A DNA stretch of 64,000 nucleotides from Candidatus Multivorans sp. (GTDB lineage: Bacteria; Acidobacteriota; Thermoanaerobaculia; Multivoradales; Multivoraceae), in assembly GCA_965224025.1 (NCBI GenBank), contig OZ245033.1, forward strand, positions 672,001 through 736,000, read 5' to 3'. Positions 56,515 through 64,000 of this stretch are shown here, piece by piece (the first letter of the stretch is position 1; the number at the start of each line of letters is the position of its first letter). The notes under the pieces are model-generated. The model saw nothing but the letters and a program-made list of their open reading frames with translations, was not told the DNA's origin and searched no databases. The position numbers and the translations under genes were made by a program.

Positions 56515-57711
56515 CTAACCGCCGAAACGCGCCAGGACTTCCCGGGCGTGGCGACGACCCCACGAATCCCAGGCCAGGGCCTCCTCGATGCTGTCCGGCT
56601 CGCCGCCGCCTGCCTGCCTGCCGTGGCGTTCGAGCACTCCGGCCACCACGGGCACGATCGCGGTGAATGGGGCCCTGCGGCTGAGAAACGCGTCGACAGC
56701 GATCTCGTTCGCCGCGTTCAGGACCGCCGGTGCGCCGCCGCTCTGGGCCAGGGCATCACGGGCCAGCGACGGCGCGGGGAAGAGGGCCGGATCGACTCGC
56801 CGGAACTCCAGTCTCGAGGTCGCCTGCAGCAGTTCACTCAGTTCGCCCAGCGCCTCGCCGCCGGGCCGCGGCCAGCGTTCGGGATACGACAGCGCGTACT
56901 GGATGGGGTACTGCATGTCGTTGGTGGAAATCTGTGCGATCCCGTTGCCACAGCAAAACTCGACGATCGAGTGAACGAGGGACTGCGGGTGGATCACGAT
57001 GTCGATCCGGGCGCCGGCCACGTCGAACAGGTAGCTCGCTTCGATCAACTCCAGGCCCTTGTTCATCAAGGTCGCGGAATCGACGCTGATCTTGGCGCCC
57101 ATGTCCCAGGTCGGGTGAGCAGTCGCCTCGGCGGGCGTCACCGCCTCCAGGGTGGTGGGATCGCGGTCGAGGAACGGACCGCCCGATGCGGTCAGCACCA
57201 GGCGGCGGACCTCCTGGGGGCGGCCCGCCCGCAGCGCCTGGTGGATCGCGGCGTGCTCGCTGTCGACCGGCAGGATGGACGCGCCCGAGGCGGCCGCCAA
57301 CCGGCGCAGCACGGGGCCGGCCGCAACCATCGCCTCCTTGTTGGCGAGCGCCACATCGGCGCCGGCTGCAAGCGCCGCTGCCGCGGGCCTGAGGCCTGCC
57401 GCGCCGACGATCGCCGTCACCACCAAGTCGATCTCGCCGGCGCCTACCGCTTCCAACAGCGCCTCTTCGCCGCTTGCCAGGCTGGTTCCTTCCGGCAATT
57501 CGCCGCGGAGCGCAGCTGCCGTGTCGGCGCCTGCCACGACGACGCAGTCGGGCCCGAACTCATGCGCCAATTCGACCAAGCGCGCCGGTCGCGTTCCGTG
57601 CGCCGCGAGCACCGAGACCCGTAGCCGGTCCGGATGGCTGCGGGACACGGCCAGGGTGGCTTCGCCGATCGAGCCGGTGGCCCCCAGTACGGCGACGCTG
57701 CGTCGGTTCAA
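56515..57711 (-). CDS. dxr: 1-deoxy-D-xylulose-5-phosphate reductoisomerase (MEP pathway)
   Basis: LGATGSIG, LANKE, PVDSEH.AI, TASGGPF, HPTWDMGAKISVDSATLMNKGLE.IEA, HPQS.VHS, NAANE all intact. Confidence 0.95.
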   Translation of the reverse strand: MNRRSVAVLGATGSIGEATLAVSRSHPDRLRVSVLAAHGTRPARLVELAHEFGPDCVVVAGADTAAALRGELPEGTSLASGEEALLEAVGAGEIDLVVTAIVGAAGLRPAAAALAAGADVALANKEAMVAAGPVLRRLAAASGASILPVDSEHAAIHQALRAGRPQEVRRLVLTASGGPFLDRDPTTLEAVTPAEATAHPTWDMGAKISVDSATLMNKGLELIEASYLFDVAGARIDIVIHPQSLVHSIVEFCCGNGIAQISTNDMQYPIQYALSYPERWPRPGGEALGELSELLQATSRLEFRRVDPALFPAPSLARDALAQSGGAPAVLNAANEIAVDAFLSRRAPFTAIVPVVAGVLERHGRQAGGGEPDSIEEALAWDSWGRRHAREVLARFGG

Positions 57712-58583
57712 GGCAGGGCTCCGGCCGCGCCGATCACGTAGCGGACCGGGACCGTCGGCCCGAAGGCGCCAATGGCGACAGCGAGGTACATCAGCGGCGT
57801 TGCCAGCATCACGCTGTCCAGCCGGTCGAGGAGGCCGCCGTGCCCGGGCAGCAGGTGGCTGGTGTCCTCGACCTGGGCCGCGCGCTTCAGCAGGGACGCC
57901 ACCAAGTCTCCGGCCTGACCCGCGCCGCCGCAGGCAAGCGCCACAAACGGAACCCCCAGTTCGAAGTCGTCCGGGCCGAGCCAGATCAGGAACACCACGA
58001 CGCCGACGCCTACGCTTGCGGCCAAACCGCTCACGGCGCCCGCGATCGTCTTCTTCGGACTGATGGTGGGGGCCAGGGGCCGGCGACCGAACGTCCGCCC
58101 ACCGTAGTAGGCGCCGATGTCGCCCAGCGCGGCTACGGCCAGAACCCAGAGCAGAAGCACGGGATCGAGGCGGTGAAGGTGGATCGCGGCGATGAGGAAC
58201 AGCCCCAGCCAGAGCGCCCCGAAAGAGAACAGCGCTGCGGCCGCCAGCCGGTCGCGCACCTCGGCGCGGCCGCCCAGCCCGATCGCCACCGCCATGGCGA
58301 GAACGGCCGTTGCCGCCAGGAACCAGAGGTCGAGGCCGGTGAGCCCGGGAAGGGGGACGATCTGGTTGTGGACGGCGCCTGCAAGCGCCACAAGGGCCAC
58401 GGCCAACCACAGCGCCAAGCGGAACTTCGGCGAGACGACGATCCGCTGCACCAGGGCGGCGAACTCCGCGGCCGCCAGCAGGACCACCACGGTGACGACC
58501 GCCACGAAGAACAGGGGCTTCAGGTACAGGACGATGGCTGTCGCCAGCGCCGCGGTCACACTCCCCGTGACAACGCGCTTCAT
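57708..58583 (-). CDS. cdsA: phosphatidate cytidylyltransferase
   Basis: D.GAYY.GR.FGRR.LAP.ISPKKT, GDL..S..KR....D...LPGHGG.LDR.DS. Confidence 0.92.
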   Translation of the reverse strand: MKRVVTGSVTAALATAIVLYLKPLFFVAVVTVVVLLAAAEFAALVQRIVVSPKFRLALWLAVALVALAGAVHNQIVPLPGLTGLDLWFLAATAVLAMAVAIGLGGRAEVRDRLAAAALFSFGALWLGLFLIAAIHLHRLDPVLLLWVLAVAALGDIGAYYGGRTFGRRPLAPTISPKKTIAGAVSGLAASVGVGVVVFLIWLGPDDFELGVPFVALACGGAGQAGDLVASLLKRAAQVEDTSHLLPGHGGLLDRLDSVMLATPLMYLAVAIGAFGPTVPVRYVIGAAGALP

Positions 58584-59335
58584 TGCGGCCGACTGTATTC
58601 CACGTGCTCCAGACAGAGTCCCTGGGCCGGTACGTTGGGGCCGGCGGCCGAGCGTGGGCCGCCCTCGAGGAGCTTGGCAAAGTCATTCAGCGACCGGCGA
58701 CCGCGACCGACTTCGAGCGTGGTGCCGACGAGGGCGCGGACCATGCCGCGCAGAAACCCGTCGCCGGCGACGCAGAATCTCAGCTCGTCGCCGGCCTCGG
58801 TCCACGCGGCTTGGTGGATCGTCCGCTCCGGTCGGCCGTGGCTGCCCCCGGACTTGGCGAAAGCCGAGAAGTCGTGCCGTCCCAGGAGCAGGGAGGCGGC
58901 GCTCTTCATTCCTTCCAGGCCGAGTCCGGTCGGCGCCGGGACGACGAAGGGCGCCCGAAACGGGTCGATCACCGGGGCACGGCAGAGCCGGTAGCGGTAG
59001 ACCTTGAAGGCAGCGCTCTTGCGGGCGTGAAAGGCGTCGTCTACAGGGTCGGCGTCCAGCACTCGGATCGCCGTCGGCAGATGGCGGTTGGCGCCGTGGA
59101 CCAGGGCACGGCGGGTCTCCCGGGGCGCCGACCCCGCCGCCACCGTCAGGTGAGCCGCCTGGCCGCGGGCATGGACCCCGGCATCGGTACGCCCGGCGCC
59201 GTGCACGGTCACGTTTCGGCCGAGGATCCGGGCCAGGGCTTCCTCGACGACCTGCTGGATGCCGAGCGCATTGGCCTGACGCTGCCAGCCGGCGTAGTCC
59301 GTGCCGACATAGGCGATCCGCAGGCGGTACTTCAC
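58580..59335 (-). CDS. truA: tRNA pseudouridine(38-40) synthase
   Basis: Y.GT.YAGWQRQ, AGRTDAGVHARGQ, FHAR, HDFSAF, GFLRGMVR. Confidence 0.95.
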   Translation of the reverse strand: MKYRLRIAYVGTDYAGWQRQANALGIQQVVEEALARILGRNVTVHGAGRTDAGVHARGQAAHLTVAAGSAPRETRRALVHGANRHLPTAIRVLDADPVDDAFHARKSAAFKVYRYRLCRAPVIDPFRAPFVVPAPTGLGLEGMKSAASLLLGRHDFSAFAKSGGSHGRPERTIHQAAWTEAGDELRFCVAGDGFLRGMVRALVGTTLEVGRGRRSLNDFAKLLEGGPRSAAGPNVPAQGLCLEHVEYSRPQ

Positions 59336-60756
59336 GGCCGTCCCGCCCGCATCCGCCCATCAAGCAGGAACAGCACCAGCGGTGGCAGCCAGACCGCGCC
59401 GTAGATCCAGGGGAAGTAGTCGACGCCCGCGAGCGCCGGCAGGTAGGCCAGGGGCAGGGTCGCCGACAGCAGCAGCACGCTTCGCACTCCCAGCAGCGCC
59501 GCCCAGGGCAGTACCCAGATCAGGTACCAGGGATAGAGCGTCGGACTTGCAAGCAGGACGATGCCGATGGCGCCTAGCGCCGCGCCGGCCGCGCCGGGAC
59601 GCCGCCGCCAGAGGCGGAGCCACGCGGCGACGCCCGCGGCCAGGAGCAGGACGCGGGCGAGAAACTGGGGATAAGCGTAAGAGTAGAAGGTGTCCCATGG
59701 CGTTGCTGTGACCTCGCCGCCGAAGACCACCCGGACCGCGTGGACGACCCCCGCGGCCGCCCGGTCGAGTTGCAGCACGTCGACCAGCCGCCAGAGCGGC
59801 TCGTAGAGCGGGCCGTTGTACTCCCAGCGCAGCGCGTAGACGGCGAGGCCCGGAGGGACGCCGCCCGTCCAGACCAGAACGGCCGCCGCCCCTGGGACGA
59901 GCAGGCAGGTGGCGCCGAGGGCGAACAACCGGCCCTGCGGCCGGTCGCGCCGAATCCAGCTCCACCAGAGGGGGATTGCGGCAAGCGGAACCAGCTTGGC
60001 CAGCACGCCGAGCGCGGCGACGGCCCCGGCAGAGAGCGAACGCGGGGGGCCGGACGGGGAACCGCGCCGGACCGGGATCAGATAGACGCAGGCGATGACC
60101 AGCGAGGCGCCCAGCACGTCGACGTGGCCCATGCCGGCGCCCTCGATCACGACCAATGGATTCCAGACGTAGGCGAGAGCCGCCGCGACGGACCCGCGCC
60201 GTCGGGCGAGCGCGAGCAGCAGGATGCAGCCGATCAGGTCGACCGCGGCCAGCGTGAGCTTGTAGCCGGTGAGCGGCCGCGGCAGGAAGTTGGCGGCCGT
60301 AAAGAGGCTCAGGGCCAGAGGCGGATAGACCGTGGCGACGTCGCGGTGGGCGGTCCGCTGCCACAGGTCGTCGCGCAATCCGGTCAGGTCGGCGTCGTTC
60401 GGCGTGAGGCGGTACGGATTGGCGCCGGAAGCGGCGACCCGGCCGTCCCAGAGGTAGCGATGGACGTCGTCGGACAGGCTCGGCGCCAGCGGCAGCGCCA
60501 GCAGGCGCAGCAGCAGGGCGACGACGAGGACGCCGGCGACCGGCAGCTCGCCCGCCCCTCCCTGCCGCGCCGGTCCCAGCCGCCTCAGCGCCCGGAAGAA
60601 GGCGCCGAAGGCCAGCAGGAGCACTGCCAGGAAGAGAACGCTCGTCCAGGGCGCGTCGGCCGCCGGTCGCAAGCCGGTCCGGTCCAGGAGCAGGAGCCCG
60701 CCGAAGCACGCGAGCAGGGGCCAGGCGGACGCCGCCAGAGGGAGTGCCCTTGCCAT
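59332..60756 (-). CDS. GT-C/GT87-like polytopic membrane glycosyltransferase
   Basis: SLSDDVHRYLWDG, NPY, TVYPPL, YVWNPLV..E....GH.D, YPWY. Confidence 0.75.
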   Translation of the reverse strand: MARALPLAASAWPLLACFGGLLLLDRTGLRPAADAPWTSVLFLAVLLLAFGAFFRALRRLGPARQGGAGELPVAGVLVVALLLRLLALPLAPSLSDDVHRYLWDGRVAASGANPYRLTPNDADLTGLRDDLWQRTAHRDVATVYPPLALSLFTAANFLPRPLTGYKLTLAAVDLIGCILLLALARRRGSVAAALAYVWNPLVVIEGAGMGHVDVLGASLVIACVYLIPVRRGSPSGPPRSLSAGAVAALGVLAKLVPLAAIPLWWSWIRRDRPQGRLFALGATCLLVPGAAAVLVWTGGVPPGLAVYALRWEYNGPLYEPLWRLVDVLQLDRAAAGVVHAVRVVFGGEVTATPWDTFYSYAYPQFLARVLLLAAGVAAWLRLWRRRPGAAGAALGAIGIVLLASPTLYPWYLIWVLPWAALLGVRSVLLLSATLPLAYLPALAGVDYFPWIYGAVWLPPLVLFLLDGRMRAGRP

Positions 60757-60769
60757 ATCGTCGGCGTCC

Positions 60770-62251
60770 GTGCTTCTTCCCGTGTACTACGCCGTTCTCG
60801 GCACGCTCGCACTCTTCGGACTGCACCGGCTGGTTCTGCTGCTGGTGCTGCGCTTGGTCCGGTCACCCGCCAAGGCGGGTGGCTCGGTCGCAGCCGGCGC
60901 GGAGACTGAAGCCCGTTTGCCCCGGGTCACTGTGCCCCGGGTCACCGTCCAACTGCCAATCTACAACGAGCGCTACGTGGCCCCGCGCCTGATCGCCGCC
61001 GTGCTCGACTTTGACTACCCCACAGAACGGCTGGAGATTCAGATCCTGGACGATTCGACCGACGACACGGGCGAGCGGATCGAGGCCGCGCTCGAGGAGG
61101 CATCGAAGCGGGGTCGTCCGCTGCCGACGGTTCGCCACCTCCGCCGGCGCGGCCGCGAGGGTTTCAAGGCAGGCGCTCTGGCGGCCGGTCTGACCGAGGC
61201 GCGCGGCGAGCTGATCGCGATCTTCGACGCCGACTTCGTCCCCGGGCCGGACTTCCTGCGCCGCACGGTGCCGGCCTTCGCCGATCCCGGGCTCGGCATG
61301 GTCCAGGCGCGATGGGACCACATGAACCGGAATGACTCCCTGCTCACGCGCGCCCAGGCGGTGCTGCTCGACGGTCACTTCCTGGTCGAGCAGGAGGCGC
61401 GCTTCCGGTTGGGCTGCTTCTTCAACTTCAACGGCACCGCGGGCGTCTGGCGGCGCCGGGCGATCGAAGAGGCCGGCGGCTGGAAGTTCGACACGCTGAC
61501 CGAAGATCTCGACCTCTCCTACCGCGCGCAGCTCGCCGGCTGGCGCTTCGCGTTGATGACCGACCTCGCGGCGCCGGCGGATTTGCCGGCACGCGTCAAC
61601 GACTTCAAGAGTCAGCAGCACCGCTGGGCGCGCGGTACGGCCCAGGCCATGCGCAAGCTGCTGGGACGTATCCTGCGCAGCGCGGTCAGGCCGCGGGTCA
61701 AGCTCGCGGCGACGGCGCACCTGACCTCGGGTTTCTGCCATCCGTTGCTCGTCGCGCTGGGACTGCTGCTTCTGCCGGCCATCCTGCTGCGCCAGGAATC
61801 TCCGTACCTGCTGCTGTGGATCGACGCGCCTCTGTTCCTGCTCGGCACCGTTGCCGTGGCCGGCTGCTACGCCGCCGGCCAGCGCCGGGCCGGGCGGCCG
61901 GGTTCCCGGGCGTGGTTGGAGGTGCCGCTTGCGATGTCCGTTGGCATCGGCCTGTCGCTTCACAACTCGGCCGCGGTGGTTACCGGTCTGTTCCGCCGCG
62001 GCGGCGTGTTCGCCCGCACCCCCAAGATCCCGGCCGGCGCGCGAAACCCTCCCGCGCTGTACCGGTCGAACGCGGTCTGGAGCCTCTGGGGCGAAGCCGC
62101 GCTCGCGCTCTACTTCTGGGTCTGCATTGCCGCCGCCGGCTGGAGCGGCCGTTGGTGGTCCCTGCCCTTCCTGTATCTCTTCGCGCAGGGATACAGCCTG
62201 ATGGTGCTCGGCGGGGCTCTGCCGCGTTGGGGACGCCGAGCGCGGTTGTGA
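60770..62251 (+). CDS. GT2 processive (cellulose-synthase-like) glycosyltransferase
   Basis: [43 protein letters not shown]. Confidence 0.9.
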   Translation: MLLPVYYAVLGTLALFGLHRLVLLLVLRLVRSPAKAGGSVAAGAETEARLPRVTVPRVTVQLPIYNERYVAPRLIAAVLDFDYPTERLEIQILDDSTDDTGERIEAALEEASKRGRPLPTVRHLRRRGREGFKAGALAAGLTEARGELIAIFDADFVPGPDFLRRTVPAFADPGLGMVQARWDHMNRNDSLLTRAQAVLLDGHFLVEQEARFRLGCFFNFNGTAGVWRRRAIEEAGGWKFDTLTEDLDLSYRAQLAGWRFALMTDLAAPADLPARVNDFKSQQHRWARGTAQAMRKLLGRILRSAVRPRVKLAATAHLTSGFCHPLLVALGLLLLPAILLRQESPYLLLWIDAPLFLLGTVAVAGCYAAGQRRAGRPGSRAWLEVPLAMSVGIGLSLHNSAAVVTGLFRRGGVFARTPKIPAGARNPPALYRSNAVWSLWGEAALALYFWVCIAAAGWSGRWWSLPFLYLFAQGYSLMVLGGALPRWGRRARL

Positions 62252-62817
62252 TCCGCCCCCTCAAGAGACAGTCGCCTCCCGCCGCTTCGGGGCAGGCGGA
62301 GGTGGTCGTGCGGCCGGCGTCGCCGGCCGACGCTCCCTTCCTCCGGCGCTGGCGTTCCGAGCCGGCGGTGCGCCGCTTCCAGCCGCTGCACAACGTGTCC
62401 GTGTCCCGACTGCGAGCGGATCTGGCGTCGCAGCGTCCCCGGGACGTCTACCGCGGCCGGGGCGACCGCTACACCTGGCTGGTCGAGTCCGATGGCGAAC
62501 GCGCGGGATGGATCACGCTGGCGATCGTGAACTGGGAGCACGGGCTGAGCGAACTGGGGTACGCCCTGGCGACGCGCCACCATGGCCGCGGCACGATGAC
62601 CGCGGCATTGGGACAGTTGCTGCCCGAGCTTCTGCTCCGCACGCCAGTGCAACGCATCGAAGCGAGGTGCGCGGTCGACAACAAAGCGTCGCGGAAAGTG
62701 CTGGAGAAACTGGGGTTCGTTCACGAGGGCCTGCTCCGCTCGTACTTCGTCCTGCAGGGCCGCCGCACCGACCATCACCTGTACGCACTCCTGCGCGAGG
62801 ACTACATCCCCTCCTAG
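62248..62817 (+). CDS. GNAT N-acetyltransferase (RimJ/RimL-like)
   Basis: ELGY....HHGRGTMT, N.ASRKVLEKLGF..EG.LR. Confidence 0.85.
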   Translation: MIRPLKRQSPPAASGQAEVVVRPASPADAPFLRRWRSEPAVRRFQPLHNVSVSRLRADLASQRPRDVYRGRGDRYTWLVESDGERAGWITLAIVNWEHGLSELGYALATRHHGRGTMTAALGQLLPELLLRTPVQRIEARCAVDNKASRKVLEKLGFVHEGLLRSYFVLQGRRTDHHLYALLREDYIPS

Positions 62818-62861
62818 GCGTCAGCGCAGCGCGTGCGCTGCGCTGACGCGCAGGGAACTGG
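62814..62861 (+). repeat. hairpin repeat starting at the TAG stop (possible terminator)
   Basis: ctaggcgtcagcgcagcgc-gt-gcgctgcgctgacgc-gcagggaactgg. Confidence 0.7.
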
Positions 62862-62938
62862 CCGCGTACGCTGCTAGCCCCTCGCGGGTTGTACGCGCTA
62901 CAGTTGCCAACCTTGGATCGTCAGTTGTGGAGGTACGA

Positions 62939-63445
62939 ATGGTGAGCACTGGAACGGGGCAGGACGCGCGGCCGTCGCCTGCCGACTCCGCGCTGGAGAA
63001 CCTCGCAGCGGGCATCGCGTTGTTCTACGAGGGCCGGGTCGCCGAGGCCAGGGCTAGGTTCGAAGACGTGGTCACGGCCGGCGGCGAGAGCCGGTTCGTC
63101 ATTCGCGCAAAGGACTATCTTGCGGCATGCGAGCGCGCCGAGACACCGGCGTCCGGGCGCCCGGACGACGCCTTCATCGAGGCCGTGATGGCCAGGAACG
63201 ACGGCGACCTGGAGCGCACTCTCGAGCTTTGCGATGGCGGTGGGCGAGACCAGGATGACCGTTTCCTCTATCTGGCCGCGTGCGTGCGGGCAATGACGGG
63301 AGAACCGGAAGCCGCCCTCGACCTGTTGACGAAGGCGGTGGAACTCGACCCGAAGAACCGGGTTCGGGCGTACCACGACAGCGATTTCTCGTCACTGGAC
63401 GAGGACGAGCGCTTCTTGAAACTCGTCCATGACCTGAGCGCCTGA
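62939..63445 (+). CDS. TPR-like protein
   Basis: Y.AACV.A..GE.EAALDLLTKAVELDPKNR..A..DSDF..L C-terminal TPR-end motif; GGAGG RBS. Confidence 0.75.
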   Translation: MVSTGTGQDARPSPADSALENLAAGIALFYEGRVAEARARFEDVVTAGGESRFVIRAKDYLAACERAETPASGRPDDAFIEAVMARNDGDLERTLELCDGGGRDQDDRFLYLAACVRAMTGEPEAALDLLTKAVELDPKNRVRAYHDSDFSSLDEDERFLKLVHDLSA

Positions 63446-63446
63446 C

Positions 63447-64000
63447 GTGGCCGACGTCGCCGGCGCGGCCGTCATTCTCGCTGCCGGCGGCGGCGAGCGG
63501 CTGCGCTCGGAACGGCCCAAGGTCTTGCATCGCGTCGGCGGCAGAGCCCTCGTGGCGTGGGTTGTTGCTGCCGCGCGCGAGGCCGGTTGCACGCCCATCC
63601 ATCTGGTCGTCGGAAGCGGAGCGGAGGAGATCCGTTCGGTCCTCGAGGAAGAGGAGCTCGGCGGCCGGGACATCGTCTGGGTGGAGCAGCGGCAGCAGAA
63701 GGGCACGGGACACGCGCTCCTGATGGTCCGCGAGGTTCTGCGTGCCGACGCAGCCATTCTGGTCCTCTCCGGCGACGCGCCCCTGGTGCGGCCGGCGACT
63801 CTCCGGGAACTTCTCGGCCGCGCCCGCGACGGCTGGGGCAGCGTCGCAGTGGCCGATCTGGACGACCCGGGCGGTCTCGGTCGGGTGGTCCAGAGGAACG
63901 GATGGTTGGAGCGGATCGTGGAGGCGGCGGACGCCGGCGAGCGGGAGCTCGCGATTCGAACGGTCAACGTCGGGCACTACGCGCTGCCCGCTCCGGCGAT
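63447..64000 (+). CDS. glmU: GlmU N-terminal nucleotidyltransferase domain (runs off window)
   Basis: AVILAAGGGERLRSERPKVLH, Q..Q.GTGHAL, LSGDAPL, GRVV...IVE..DA. Confidence 0.85.
   Translation, partial: MADVAGAAVILAAGGGERLRSERPKVLHRVGGRALVAWVVAAAREAGCTPIHLVVGSGAEEIRSVLEEEELGGRDIVWVEQRQQKGTGHALLMVREVLRADAAILVLSGDAPLVRPATLRELLGRARDGWGSVAVADLDDPGGLGRVVQRNGWLERIVEAADAGERELAIRTVNVGHYALPAPA

Overview
GC-rich chromosomal window from a diderm bacterium (BamD, CpoB, TonB/ExbBD present). The gene repertoire (stand-alone Fis-type HTH, PASTA-rpe-bamD string) suggests Acidobacteriota, but this is inference only. Most of the window is housekeeping and envelope genes: nudC, moaA, acyl-CoA carboxylase subunits, purE, rpiB, folC, yebC, ruvC, gatB, pgeF, tatA, selA, tldD/pmbA, truA-cdsA-dxr-rseP-PASTA-rpe-bamD-cpoB and partial glmU. 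The main finding is a five-gene operon at 7955-13703 (type-2 IPP isomerase, class I HMG-CoA reductase, mevalonate kinase, MvaD-like decarboxylase, isopentenyl-phosphate kinase; no phosphomevalonate kinase). This is the haloarchaeal/Chloroflexi-type alternative mevalonate route, and it sits in the same window as an intact MEP-pathway dxr. Other notable items: a PilX-PilY1 fusion in a minor-pilin operon; a binding protein/output-less HAMP sensor/OFA transporter triad; an ExbB-ExbD-ExbD-TonB-TPR-TonB motor cluster with no receptor nearby; a decayed island (internally deleted nuclease-like gene, complete IS1634-family element at CTAG, truncated hicA); a 218-bp MITE with 18-bp TIRs and an 11-bp TSD; several intergenic repeat families, including a double hairpin with compensatory base changes; and a sigma54-type promoter. 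No rRNA, tRNA or CRISPR array was seen. All calls come from motif recognition by eye; no searches were run.
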